Shown: positions 8,860-18,064, numbered from the stretch's first letter. The stretch: 64,000 bases of DNA from an uncultured Candidatus Saccharibacteria bacterium (GCA_964532425.1 CAZHIA010000005.1:66772-130771); one strand, 5' to 3'. The notes: generated from the sequence alone by a model not told the origin. A program made the numbers and translations.

Positions 8860-11800
8860 TCATTCCAGATACTCAAATTCGCACCGGTGGTCCCTGGCTT
8901 TCTTATGCTCTTCCTTGAACAGGTCGTACTTTGTCGTATATGCGATCCGTTCAACAAGCTCCAAGAGCCGCTGTTTGAGATCGGTAATCTCTTTTTCCGG
9001 CGCGATCTCCTCTTCAATGAACGTATTATCTTGCAAGTACCAGTACTTCAAGCCGACGACGGTTTCTTTCAAGTATTCCTCGGCCGCCCATTGGTAAATA
9101 TAGAGCTGGTCTAAGTCCTTGCTCTTTTTCGGCGTCTGTCCGGTCTTGTAATCCAGGAGAATAATACCGTTTTGCACGCTGTCGGCACGGTCGATTTTAC
9201 CGGTAAATAGATACTCTCCCAGCTTCAGCTGGAAGAACTTCTCGATATATTTTGGCACGAATTTCGCCTGCAGGCTGGTCTCATAGAATGTGCCGAGCAT
9301 TTTCCTACCAAGCACGCGATATTCCTCTTTTTGTTCTTTTGTATCGTACCAGTCATCCACCCAATGCTTTTCATATAGTTCTTCCAGGAATTTCGCCGGG
9401 GGCAGCACCACCTCCGGTTTGCCGCCGAACAAGTCCTGCTGCGGCAGGTCGAGATTGGTTTTGTATAGTTTTAAATACTCTTCGAAAACTTTATGGATGG
9501 TCTGGCCGAAGCTTAAATGGCAGCTGCCGGCTACCGGTAGTTTGAGGTAATGATGATATTTGTATTTGAGCGGACAAGTTTCAAAATCGTTCAGCTGGGA
9601 ATAAGAATACTTGAGCGACGGCACATATATCTGCTTCCCCGGTTGCGCTGCGGGGCGGAACATGACTTTGCCGGTAGCCTGATTTACCCGGTCGCTGGGC
9701 ACCAAGCCGGTCTCGACCAAAAAGCTTGACGGCTTCTTGGCCCGGCTGCCGCCATAGTCCTTGGCCCAGGTCAAATAGAGATAGGTCTTGGCCCGCGTCA
9801 TGGCAACATAAAACAGCCGGCGTTCTTCCTGCAAATGGAAATCCCCTTCCGGAAGGATATCTTTGATCAGGGCTTCCGGAATCTCGATCGGATCGCTTTT
9901 TTCCCGCGTCGGAAACCGCTGGTCTACCATGCTGATGACAAAGACATAGTTGAATTCCAGGCCTTTGGAGCTGTGAACAGTCATGACTTTAACGCTTTCA
10001 GGACCAGCATTCGGATCGAATTTTATTTCACCTTCATTGCCGGCTTCCAGCTCCAAGTCCAGGGTGGCCAAAAAATTATGCATGCTTCGGTCAGTTTCTT
10101 CCTGCCCGAATTCTTCGATCTTTTTGTAGAATTGGTCTACCAGCTCGCGGTTTTCGGCGTTTTCCAGCGTGTCTTCGGAAATAACCTCTTCGATACCAAT
10201 ATCCTTCACAATACTCACGAACAGCTCAGCTGCATGTATGCGCCGGGCAGCATCGCTATGGGCATGGAGGCAATTAATAAGCCGTTCGATGCTTTTTCGC
10301 GACTCATCGCTGGTTTCCGGGAAGCTTTTCGCGTCTTTTAACGCTTCATAGAGCGTTAAGGCCTTTTTATGCCCGTGGGCTAGAATATGAGCGCGCTCGT
10401 CATGGGGAATGAAAAACTTCGGCAGCGTTAGAACGCGGTAAAGGCTGTGCGAATCATGAAAATTATCGAGCAAGCGGAGATAGGACAGTATATCAACAAT
10501 GATCTGTTTTTTGTATAAACCGCGATTAGCCACGAACGTGTACGGTATATTGCGGCTGCCCAGGACGGGCAGCAGCTCGTCAGCTGATGCGTTTCGCCTG
10601 AGCAGAATAGCAAAATCATTCCAGCTGCAGGAGGGTTCTGAATTCTTCAACTCCATAATCTTATTGGCTACGCAATTCAGTTCCGAACTTAAATCTTGCG
10701 CCTCCAGGACCTCGATAACTCCTTCCTGGGGGATGTTTGCGTGGAGTTTTTTTGACAAGTCTAACTTGGTCTCCAGCCGGTCCGGATTGTTTTTTTGGAT
10801 GAAATCATACGCCAGATCAAGGATATTTTGGCTGCTGCGATAATTTTCGACCAGCGTGATCTCAGACAGTTCCGGGAAATCCTCTTTCAGCTTCAAGATA
10901 TTGGAAACGCTCGCGCCGCGGAATTTGTAAATGGACTGGTCATCGTCGCCAACTACGGTCAAGTTTTGGCGCACCCCAGCCAGCAACTTCACCAATTCGT
11001 ACTGGGCATAGTTCGTATCTTGAAATTCATCGACAAGGATATATTTGAACTTATCCTGATAATATTTGAGAATCTTCGGCCGCTTTTTGAATAATGCCAG
11101 CGTGTAGTTGATAAGGTCGGCAAAATCCAAATAATTGTGGTCGATGAGTAATTTTTGGTAGGTGTGGTACGCACCAGCCAGCTCTTCAATGCGGGCGATC
11201 TCCACAGGATCAACGTCAACCGGCGTCATCCTGACGTTGAGTGCATCCGAAACGGAAGGATCTTTTTTGCTGACCCGAGATTCTTCGCCACTCGGATGCA
11301 CTCGCGACTCAGAATGACGCCTTTTGGAAGGAGGATTGATTTTTGTCTGAGCAGGCTGATCTGTTTGCAATCTAAGACCTTCGGCAAAACTCAAATAGTC
11401 TTCTGGCCCTATAAGTTCGTCCTTGCAGCGGCTGAAGTGAGAGAGCATCGCGTCGATGAACTTGGCAGGATTGCCCAGCGGCCGGTAATAGCTCAATTTA
11501 AATTTAGACAGGTTTTTGTAAACCAGGATCCATTGTCTGGTTGAGTCGAGGAGCGTGAAATCGTTGGGAATGCCGATGTCGAGGGCATGCATTTTTAAAA
11601 TACGCTCGCAAAAACCGTGGAAGGTCGCGATCCATGTGTCGTACGCCCCGATGGGCAACAGCAAGTCCACGCGCTCCTGCATCTCACCGGCCGCTTTTTC
11701 GGTAAACGTTAGGGCGGCTATTTCATCCGGCCGGGCAGCGCCGGTTTCCAGCAAATAGGCTATGCGCCGCGTAATAACGGTTGTTTTTCCGGTGCCTGCT

Positions 11801-11940
11801 CCTGCAACGATAAGTAACGGACCTTCGGCATGTTTAACCGCCGTAAGTTGCTGCTGGTTCAATCCTTCAAATAACCGGTTGTCCGTTGGCAGAGCCTGCT
11901 GTTCGGCAATATTGGGAGTTTTTGTTGCTTGTTTGACCAT
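8860..11940 (-). CDS. UvrD/PcrA-family SF1 helicase with a C-terminal PD-(D/E)xK (AddB/Cas4-like) nuclease domain
   Basis: Motif I LIVAGAGTGKTTVITRR and motif II ILVDEFQDTNYAQYEL. The C-terminal domain has YSYSQLNDFETCPLKYKYHHYLK ... GKIDRADSVQNGIILLDYKTGQ. 1026 aa, including an in-frame roughly 37-aa insertion encoded by repeat copy B. Confidence 0.85.
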   Translation of the reverse strand: MVKQATKTPNIAEQQALPTDNRLFEGLNQQQLTAVKHAEGPLLIVAGAGTGKTTVITRRIAYLLETGAARPDEIAALTFTEKAAGEMQERVDLLLPIGAYDTWIATFHGFCERILKMHALDIGIPNDFTLLDSTRQWILVYKNLSKFKLSYYRPLGNPAKFIDAMLSHFSRCKDELIGPEDYLSFAEGLRLQTDQPAQTKINPPSKRRHSESRVHPSGEESRVSKKDPSVSDALNVRMTPVDVDPVEIARIEELAGAYHTYQKLLIDHNYLDFADLINYTLALFKKRPKILKYYQDKFKYILVDEFQDTNYAQYELVKLLAGVRQNLTVVGDDDQSIYKFRGASVSNILKLKEDFPELSEITLVENYRSSQNILDLAYDFIQKNNPDRLETKLDLSKKLHANIPQEGVIEVLEAQDLSSELNCVANKIMELKNSEPSCSWNDFAILLRRNASADELLPVLGSRNIPYTFVANRGLYKKQIIVDILSYLRLLDNFHDSHSLYRVLTLPKFFIPHDERAHILAHGHKKALTLYEALKDAKSFPETSDESRKSIERLINCLHAHSDAARRIHAAELFVSIVKDIGIEEVISEDTLENAENRELVDQFYKKIEEFGQEETDRSMHNFLATLDLELEAGNEGEIKFDPNAGPESVKVMTVHSSKGLEFNYVFVISMVDQRFPTREKSDPIEIPEALIKDILPEGDFHLQEERRLFYVAMTRAKTYLYLTWAKDYGGSRAKKPSSFLVETGLVPSDRVNQATGKVMFRPAAQPGKQIYVPSLKYSYSQLNDFETCPLKYKYHHYLKLPVAGSCHLSFGQTIHKVFEEYLKLYKTNLDLPQQDLFGGKPEVVLPPAKFLEELYEKHWVDDWYDTKEQKEEYRVLGRKMLGTFYETSLQAKFVPKYIEKFFQLKLGEYLFTGKIDRADSVQNGIILLDYKTGQTPKKSKDLDQLYIYQWAAEEYLKETVVGLKYWYLQDNTFIEEEIAPEKEITDLKQRLLELVERIAYTTKYDLFKEEHKKARDHRCEFEYLE
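11217..11330. mobile_element. Roughly 110-nt TIR palindromic element, copy B, inserted in frame inside the helicase CDS.
   Basis: TIRs ggcgtcatcctga / tcagaatgacgcc, with an internal inverted repeat gagtgcatccga / tcggatgcactc. On the coding strand it encodes KRRHSESRVHPSGEESRVSKKDPSVSDALNVRMTP with no stop. Confidence 0.55.
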
Positions 11941-11975
11941 GAATGCGCAATTGATTTATTTCGATTTGCAGAATT

Positions 11976-12437
11976 TCAGTGCTTCCCGTTACTGATAAAA
12001 CTCGTCCACTGCTTCCAGAGGTCCTCGCCTTCATCTTTAAAGGAGGACCAGAAAGCCGAAGGGTTGACTATCTTGACCCCTTGAAATTCTTCCAGTTTTA
12101 GCAGGGCATTATCGCTGCTCACCAGAAAGTCCGCCCGTGCTTCCACCGCGCTTTCGAGGATCTTATTGTCTTCGGGATCCTCGACAATGCGAATCTGGCG
12201 GCGATTGACCACCCAGTGGATCTTGGCAAACAGATCATCCAGCTGGTGGCGGTAATCATCATTGTCGATGAGCTGGGAAGCTATAAGTTTATTCTCCTGC
12301 AGGGTCTGGCGATTCGCGTAGGCCTCTATCTCTCCTGCCAGCACCGCATCGATGATCTTCTTTTCGTATGAGTAGTCGTCTTTAAAGCCGTTAATGAGAA
12401 CGTTGGTATCCAGGACTATCTTGGTAACATTTGACAT
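11976..12437 (-). CDS. PIN-domain protein (VapC-like putative ribonuclease)
   Basis: IVLDTNVLINGF ... DPEDNKILESAVEARADFLVSSD gives the PIN acidic residue pattern. The start codon lies inside a heptamer repeat block (MSNV = atg tca aat gtt). Confidence 0.8.
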   Translation of the reverse strand: MSNVTKIVLDTNVLINGFKDDYSYEKKIIDAVLAGEIEAYANRQTLQENKLIASQLIDNDDYRHQLDDLFAKIHWVVNRRQIRIVEDPEDNKILESAVEARADFLVSSDNALLKLEEFQGVKIVNPSAFWSSFKDEGEDLWKQWTSFISNGKH

Positions 12438-12457
12438 GTGACATTTGACCTTTGACC
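12426..12457. repeat. Heptamer repeat block (tttgaca, tgtgaca, tttgacc, tttgacc), left flank of the 4HB gene.
   Basis: 7-nt periodic TTTGAC units between the 4HB stop and the PIN start. Confidence 0.6.
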
Positions 12458-12465
12458 GCTTCCGA

Positions 12466-12852
12466 TTACTTCGTAGGGTTTTTTAATAGTACATCTCTAA
12501 ACGCAGTGAGTTGATCAGCAAGGTTTGCTCCTCTACTTAAAAATTCCTTGTGTTCTTCTTCATTAATATAATGATTATCTAAAGCGATATCTAAACAAGC
12601 AATAACTTCATTCAAAGAGGTATGCGATCTATTAAGAAATAGGGCGAAATCCTTATCGGTCCCTCTGTCGGATCCTTCTGCTATGTTAAGCAAAATCGAA
12701 TCCGCTGCGCGATACAGTTGGTTTGTTAAACTAAACAGTTCATATTGAGGAAAGTGGATCCTTGCTAGCTGTTTGACATCTATGACATATTTTCGGGCAT
12801 CCTGATAAACCGGAAAATTTCTAAATCGGAATTTTTTATCAGTGTTTCCCAT
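12466..12852 (-). CDS. four-helix-bundle protein (TIGR02436 / formerly 23S rRNA intervening-sequence protein family)
   Basis: FPVYQDARKYVIDV ... LTNQLYRAADSILLNIAEGS ... SLNEVIACLDIAL are family hallmarks. Confidence 0.8.
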   Translation of the reverse strand: MGNTDKKFRFRNFPVYQDARKYVIDVKQLARIHFPQYELFSLTNQLYRAADSILLNIAEGSDRGTDKDFALFLNRSHTSLNEVIACLDIALDNHYINEEEHKEFLSRGANLADQLTAFRDVLLKNPTK

Positions 12853-12885
12853 GTCAAATGTTAAAGGTTAATGGTCAAATGTTAT
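12853..12885. repeat. Heptamer repeat block in the opposite orientation (gtcaaat, gttaaag, gttaatg, gtcaaat), right flank of the 4HB gene.
   Basis: It abuts the 4HB ATG (aacatttgacATG on the coding strand). There is no SD. Confidence 0.6.
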
Positions 12886-13400
12886 CTTCTATTATTCTTT
12901 ATCGGCATTAAAAATTTTCGGGGATTATCGTCCAGGTCAATGAAGAAGTCCGTGAGTTCCTTGATTTTGCCGCTGCAGGACTTACCGAAAGCCACGGTTT
13001 CCGTAAGCTGGCCGGTCATCTGGAGGTATTCGAGCAGCGGGATAAAGTCCCCGTCGCCACTGCAGAGCACCACGACATCTAATTTGTTCATAAGCTTGAT
13101 GATGTCCATGGCAATGCCGACATCCCAGTCCCCTTTTTGGTGCCCGCCGGCGAAGGTTTGCAACTCCTTCATCTTTACTTCAAAACCAGCTTTCTCCAAG
13201 GCTTCAAAGAATGTATGTTCTTCGGGCATGTCGGCTTTGACCACATACGCGATGGCGCGGATCAGTCTGCGCCCGCCCACGGCCGAATCCAAAATCTCGT
13301 TAAATTTGACTCGTGCGTTATAAATATTACGCGCGCTGTAATAGAGGTTCTGAACATCCACGAATACGCCAACGCGCTGGTCGGGGTTTCTCATAGACAT
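12882..13400 (-). CDS. NYN-domain protein (LabA/YacP-like putative RNase)
   Basis: RVGVFVDVQNLYY ... DVGIAMDIIKL ... VVVLCSGDGDFIPLLEYL matches PF01936. Confidence 0.8.
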   Translation of the reverse strand: MSMRNPDQRVGVFVDVQNLYYSARNIYNARVKFNEILDSAVGGRRLIRAIAYVVKADMPEEHTFFEALEKAGFEVKMKELQTFAGGHQKGDWDVGIAMDIIKLMNKLDVVVLCSGDGDFIPLLEYLQMTGQLTETVAFGKSCSGKIKELTDFFIDLDDNPRKFLMPIKNNRR

Positions 13401-13428
13401 GAATTTATAAAATAATGATTATGTTTAA

Positions 13429-13929
13429 TTATTGACACAGGAATGGCTTAATGTAAGTCGAAATATCGTCACCACTTCCTACTTCGTCAATGCCATTCGG
13501 ACCGGCACTAAAAACCTGGTCGTTTCTGCAATCCGAAACTCCTGATTCGCGCTCATTCTCATCAATAAGGTACGGGGTTCCCCAGGGATCTTTGGGTGAT
13601 TGGGAGAATCCCAGCCTTTGCCAGGATGTTGCCAAGGCAGCCAAGCCAGCGGCATTGGCATTGACGAGCCCTGTGCCCCGGAAGACACAGTCAGAGCAAC
13701 CGCTTCCAGTAATTTGCAGCACGGTATTGTTATTGGTGGTTCTGGATAACTCGATCTGGGTAGCTATTTGGTGGAAATCAGCGTCAACTCTCGCGTACTT
13801 CGCCTTCTGCCGGGTATTATTCATAGCTACCAGCACAATGCTGGACAGTAACCCAATGACAGAAATAACGACCAACAACTCTATTAAGGTGAATCCGCGG
13901 CTATTTAGTTGAAACCGTACAATATCCAT
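13429..13929 (-). CDS. type IV pilin / pseudopilin (prepilin-type N-terminal cleavage/methylation domain)
   Basis: N-terminus MDIVRFQLNSRGFTLIELLVVISVIGLL is a class III signal peptide with G^FTLIE. Cys pair near the C-terminus. Confidence 0.8.
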   Translation of the reverse strand: MDIVRFQLNSRGFTLIELLVVISVIGLLSSIVLVAMNNTRQKAKYARVDADFHQIATQIELSRTTNNNTVLQITGSGCSDCVFRGTGLVNANAAGLAALATSWQRLGFSQSPKDPWGTPYLIDENERESGVSDCRNDQVFSAGPNGIDEVGSGDDISTYIKPFLCQ

Positions 13930-13946
13930 CTTCCATGCTTAGTAAG

Positions 13947-14972
13947 TTACTCCAAAAGTTGTTGCGGCTCCTTCACATGCGCATCCTCAGCCTCTAGCTC
14001 CAGATTCGCGGCATTTTGGATGCTGCCCCGCAATCGAGTGAAATCATTGGTAACAGTGCCCATGGTGTTGCCGGCGTTTTTGATATGCGTACCGAGCACA
14101 TCAAGATTTTTAGCAAATTTGTCGCTTTCGGTCTTAATGCCGGAGATCATCTTTAATATTTCCTGGGCTTTCTTGTTGATCTCCTGGCCGCGCAGGGACA
14201 ACATGATGTTCCGGAGGTAAATGTACATAGTATTCGGACTGACCGGAATGACCGCCTTACCGCGGCAGTAGTCGATAATATCCTCGGCTTCGATAACTTC
14301 CTGGTAAATGCCTTCGCTCGGAACGTACATTAAAGCAAAATCAAACGTTCCTTCCTGCGGGAGGATATATTTCTTATGAATCTCGTCCACGCGTTTTTTG
14401 ACGTCTTTTAAGAATGCCTTCTTCAGCGCGTCCGAAGCTTCATCAGTCTGGGCTTCCTTATAGAGACGGAAATTTTCCAGGGAAAACTTGCTATCGATGG
14501 ACAAGATGGTATTCCCGACGAATATGCAGGCATCCACGGTCTCCCCATTCTTGAAGCGGTACTGAATGCGGTAGCTGTTCTTGGGCAGGATCTGGGAAAG
14601 CATGTTTTCCAGCATCTCTTCCCCGAAATTGCCGCGCATTTTTGGACTAGCCAGCGTCTCACTGAGTCTTCGAATATCGGGGCCAATTTGGGACACGCCG
14701 CCCAGCTCTTTTGACAAGGCGCCAATGACCCGGGCTGCGTTATCCAGGCGCTCGTTGATGGTTTTTTGCGTTTCTTGGATACGTTCATCCATATTCTCAC
14801 GGGTTTTTTCCGTCGACTGCTTGATCTCCTTCATCCATTCCATCATAACCTTGAGAGTGGTATCGTCTTGTGGAGCCTGCTGCGTTTTGCGCATTTGCGT
14901 GATCATGTAGACAGTCACACCCAGTCCCACAGCCAGGATCGCCAGCCCGATGATCAAAATTGTGTTTTCCAT
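13947..14972 (-). CDS. rmuC: DNA recombination protein RmuC
   Basis: N-terminal TM, coiled-coil, KMRGNFGEEMLENMLSQILP and C-terminal nuclease-like core, typical of RmuC. Confidence 0.8.
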   Translation of the reverse strand: MENTILIIGLAILAVGLGVTVYMITQMRKTQQAPQDDTTLKVMMEWMKEIKQSTEKTRENMDERIQETQKTINERLDNAARVIGALSKELGGVSQIGPDIRRLSETLASPKMRGNFGEEMLENMLSQILPKNSYRIQYRFKNGETVDACIFVGNTILSIDSKFSLENFRLYKEAQTDEASDALKKAFLKDVKKRVDEIHKKYILPQEGTFDFALMYVPSEGIYQEVIEAEDIIDYCRGKAVIPVSPNTMYIYLRNIMLSLRGQEINKKAQEILKMISGIKTESDKFAKNLDVLGTHIKNAGNTMGTVTNDFTRLRGSIQNAANLELEAEDAHVKEPQQLLE

Positions 14973-15106
14973 ACAGTTTTGTTACTTGTTTCGTCCGTAT
15001 CGTATGTTCAAAGTATACCAAAAATGGCCTGTATTGCCAAAAAACGGCAGGCTGAGGACTGCCGGGCATCGAATCAGGCCCCTGATGGTCAAAACAGGAT
15101 CCTGAC

Positions 15107-15135
15107 TTGACAAATTAGCACTCTCGGGTATAGAC
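15107..15135 (+). promoter_or_regulatory. sigma70-like promoter (TTGACA-16-TATAGA) for hsp20
   Basis: ttgaca at 15107-15112. It overlaps the CIRCE element. Confidence 0.5.
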
Positions 15136-15141
15136 TGCTAA
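15115..15141 (+). promoter_or_regulatory. CIRCE operator (HrcA binding site)
   Basis: TTAGCACTC-N9-GACTGCTAA versus consensus TTAGCACTC-N9-GAGTGCTAA (1 mismatch). It sits between the promoter and the sHSP gene. Confidence 0.6.
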
Positions 15142-15239
15142 TACGTGAGGCAATAACGATAATTATAACGATAACTTAAAGACTTATAATCGTAATTGTT
15201 ATATTTATAGTTATGGTTATAAGTCAAGGAGAATAAAGC

Positions 15240-15650
15240 ATGCCATTTGATTTGATTCCCCGTTCTTTTTTCGGCCAATCCCGTCTGGGTAATTTTTTTG
15301 AGGACGAGGATTGGACCTCTTTTCTGCCCTCTTCCGGACTGACTGTTTCGGAAGATGATTTACATGTTTATGTAGAAGCCGCTGTCCCCGGTCTTGATCC
15401 GGACAAGGTGGAAGTCACATTCGATAAAGGTATTCTCTGGATCCGGGGCAGCCAGGAAGCCGAAGACACGCATGAGCCCAAAAAATATTACCGCAAAGCT
15501 TCGTCTTCCTTCTCCTACCGCGTAGCCATTCCCGGCGAAGTTGATGAATCCCAAGACCCGGAAGCGACGTGCAAGAACGGCATCATGAAAGTCTCGTTTG
15601 CAAAAAAGCCGGAAGTCCAGCCGAAGAAGATTAATGTAAGAAAAGAGTAA
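15240..15650 (+). CDS. Hsp20/alpha-crystallin family small heat-shock protein
   Basis: Alpha-crystallin domain: DLHVYVEAAVPGLDPDKVEVTFDKGILWIRG ... YRKASSSFSYRVAIPGEVD ... ATCKNGIMKVSFAKK. Confidence 0.85.
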   Translation: MPFDLIPRSFFGQSRLGNFFEDEDWTSFLPSSGLTVSEDDLHVYVEAAVPGLDPDKVEVTFDKGILWIRGSQEAEDTHEPKKYYRKASSSFSYRVAIPGEVDESQDPEATCKNGIMKVSFAKKPEVQPKKINVRKE

Positions 15651-15700
15651 AGACGCTGATAGAACACGGAACGCACGGCACCGCGGAAAAACGCGGAAAC

Positions 15701-15731
15701 AAAATTCCCTGGAAAATTTCCAGGGAATTTT
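15701..15731 (+). terminator. rho-independent terminator of hsp20
   Basis: Perfect hairpin aaaattccctgg-aaaattt-ccagggaatttt. Confidence 0.7.
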
Positions 15732-15809
15732 GATATAACAAAAAAATAAAAATCTGTTTTGTTGATGACGGAATCTTAAGAGTGAACCAGATATGCACAG
15801 CCTAAGCTC

Positions 15810-15838
15810 TTGTAGACAAAAAATTATTTTACTACAAT
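15810..15838 (+). promoter_or_regulatory. Candidate promoter TTGTAG-17-TACAAT for the PBP gene
   Basis: ttgtag at 15810-15815 and tacaat at 15833-15838. Confidence 0.4.
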
Positions 15839-15967
15839 GGGCTCAGAAGAGTAGCAAAGAATTTTTGTAACAGTAATTTAATTTCTTTCTTTGCGTCTCT
15901 GTAGGAAGAACGTTGTCTGATTACGATGTAACATCTTTTGAGTTAAAATAAAATCAAATCCGCTCCT

Positions 15968-18064
15968 ATGAATTTCTCGGCGCCAAAATCCCTTTCGCGT
16001 GCCAGCCAGCCTCTGCGCTGGTTTAGCATGTGGAAGGGATTTTTTGTTGCCCTGATACTCATTGGCACAATGTGTGGCTGGCTGGCTATCCGTTTCTACC
16101 GGAGCCTCCCGTCGGTTTCCGAGATTGGCAGCAAGAGAGCCGTTTCGTCTAAAATCCTGGACCGTAACGGAAACCTGCTCTACGAGATACACGGAGAGGC
16201 CAAGCGAACCCCTGTTGCATTAGCGGATATCTCCCCTCATCTTAGAGAGGCTACCATCACTGTTGAGGACAGAAAATTCTATTCACACCCTGGAATTGAG
16301 CTTCCCGCACTCATTCGAGCCTTTTGGAAGAACACGCAGGCTCACACAACCGTCCAAGGCGGAAGTACTATCACCCAGCAATTGGTCAAAAATACGCTAC
16401 TTTCCAATGAAAAAACCTATCAAAGGAAGCTCAAGGAGGCAGCTTTGGCTTTGAAGGTTGAACGCGAATATTCCAAGGATCAAATTTTGGAGATGTATTT
16501 AAATCAGATCCCCTATGGCCGCAATGCGTACGGCGCGGAAGCTGCCAGCCAAACGTATTTTGGCAAAGCCGCCAAAGATCTCGATCTGGCAGAAAGCGCC
16601 TATCTGGCCGCCCTGCCAAAAGCCCCCTCACTGTTTAGCCCGTTCGGGCCGAACCGCGATTACCTTGACCAGCGTAAAAACTATATTCTCGGCGAGATGA
16701 AAAAACTCGGGTATGTGACCGACAGCGAACTCAATGCGGCACGACAGGAGGCAGTGACATTCCGGCCAGCCAAAACTAAAATAGCAGCCCCCCACTTTGT
16801 GGAATATGTGCTTCAGGATCTGGAACAGCAGTATGGACGCGAATTTTTAGAAGAAGCCGGATGGAATGTTTACACAACCCTCGACTTGCCACTCCAGCAA
16901 CAGGCAGAACAGATCGTAAAGGAAGGAGCTGACAAAAACCGTGTGCGGGGAGCCTACAATGCCGCACTGGTCGCCATCGAACCAGCCACGGGAGAGATTA
17001 TAACCATGGTTGGCAGCCGCGATTACTTCGGCGATCCCGAACCACCCGGGTGCCGGCCAGGCGTCAATTGCCTGTTCGACCCGCAAACCAATATCGCTCT
17101 GGCAGAACGCCAACCGGGATCCAGCTTTAAGCCGTATACATACCTCACTGCTTTTTCTCCCGAGCACAAATTTACCCCGTCCAGCATGATTCTAGACAGC
17201 ACGACGAACTTTGCCGCGCCTGGTACTCGCGCCTATATTCCCCACGATTACGACGGCAAAGAACGAGGCTGGCTAACAATGAGAAAGGCTCTTTCTGGAA
17301 GTTTGAATATCCCGGCAGTGAGGACTTTGTCCATGGTTGGGGTTCAGAATGTAGTCGATACTGCCCATCATTTAGGAATCAATAGTCCCCTTTCAGGCTG
17401 CGGTCTATCGTTAACACTCGGTGCTTGCGAAGTCCGCTTGCTGGATCACGTGTACGCATATGCGGTAGTTGCCAATGGGGGTAAAAAAGCGCAGCTTCGG
17501 TCGGTACTCAAGATCAGTTCGGTAGACGGAAAATCTATCACAACCATTCCGGATCCGCCTCAGCAAGCAGTGAATGAAGAAGCCGTATACCTGGTTACGA
17601 ACGTCCTTTCGGATCCGACTGCACGCAATTTCATCTTTGGGTCGCATTCCCCGCTCACGCTACCCGACCGACCGGTAGCGGCCAAGACCGGTACAACTCA
17701 AAATTTCAAGGACGGCTGGACTATGGGGTATACGCCACAGCTGGCGGTCGGAGTCTGGGCCGGTAATAATGATGGCACACCGCTCAAATGGAAATCGGAT
17801 GGCGTGTTCGTCGCAGCGCCTATATGGCAGAAATTTATGATCGCCGCGCACCAGAATGTGCCGGTTGCCCAGTTTACCCGACCTTCCGGTATTGTCGAGC
17901 GGCCAGTTGACCCAAACACCGGACGGGTGGTATCAGACGATACTCCGGGATCTACCCGGGAAGTTTTTGCCAGCTATTCCGCTCCTGCTGAACATCTTTC
18001 TGCCAATCCCCAGCCCTGGAAGGTCACCATCCAAAATTTCCCCGATTCTCCTGCTCGGAATTAA
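15968..18064 (+). CDS. class A penicillin-binding protein (bifunctional glycosyltransferase/transpeptidase, PBP1A-type)
   Basis: GT51 motifs (EDRKFYSHPGIELPALIRAFWKN, GGSTITQQLVKN). Transpeptidase SxxK (GSSFKPY), SxN (SLN) and KTG (KTGTT). Confidence 0.9.
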   Translation: MNFSAPKSLSRASQPLRWFSMWKGFFVALILIGTMCGWLAIRFYRSLPSVSEIGSKRAVSSKILDRNGNLLYEIHGEAKRTPVALADISPHLREATITVEDRKFYSHPGIELPALIRAFWKNTQAHTTVQGGSTITQQLVKNTLLSNEKTYQRKLKEAALALKVEREYSKDQILEMYLNQIPYGRNAYGAEAASQTYFGKAAKDLDLAESAYLAALPKAPSLFSPFGPNRDYLDQRKNYILGEMKKLGYVTDSELNAARQEAVTFRPAKTKIAAPHFVEYVLQDLEQQYGREFLEEAGWNVYTTLDLPLQQQAEQIVKEGADKNRVRGAYNAALVAIEPATGEIITMVGSRDYFGDPEPPGCRPGVNCLFDPQTNIALAERQPGSSFKPYTYLTAFSPEHKFTPSSMILDSTTNFAAPGTRAYIPHDYDGKERGWLTMRKALSGSLNIPAVRTLSMVGVQNVVDTAHHLGINSPLSGCGLSLTLGACEVRLLDHVYAYAVVANGGKKAQLRSVLKISSVDGKSITTIPDPPQQAVNEEAVYLVTNVLSDPTARNFIFGSHSPLTLPDRPVAAKTGTTQNFKDGWTMGYTPQLAVGVWAGNNDGTPLKWKSDGVFVAAPIWQKFMIAAHQNVPVAQFTRPSGIVERPVDPNTGRVVSDDTPGSTREVFASYSAPAEHLSANPQPWKVTIQNFPDSPARN

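Noticed and set aside
12421-12885. Integron-like cassette (heptamer blocks as attC sites) or a DGR accessory Avd (four-helix bundle) interpretation
   Set aside because: No integrase or reverse transcriptase and no template/variable repeat pair in the window. The same heptamer blocks also occur inside essential genes and throughout the atp operon, which fits a REP/RPE-like dispersed repeat better than attC.
15878-16192. 104-aa minus-strand ORF
   Set aside because: It overlaps the 5' end of the PBP gene in antisense and lies within the PBP promoter and leader. No SD.
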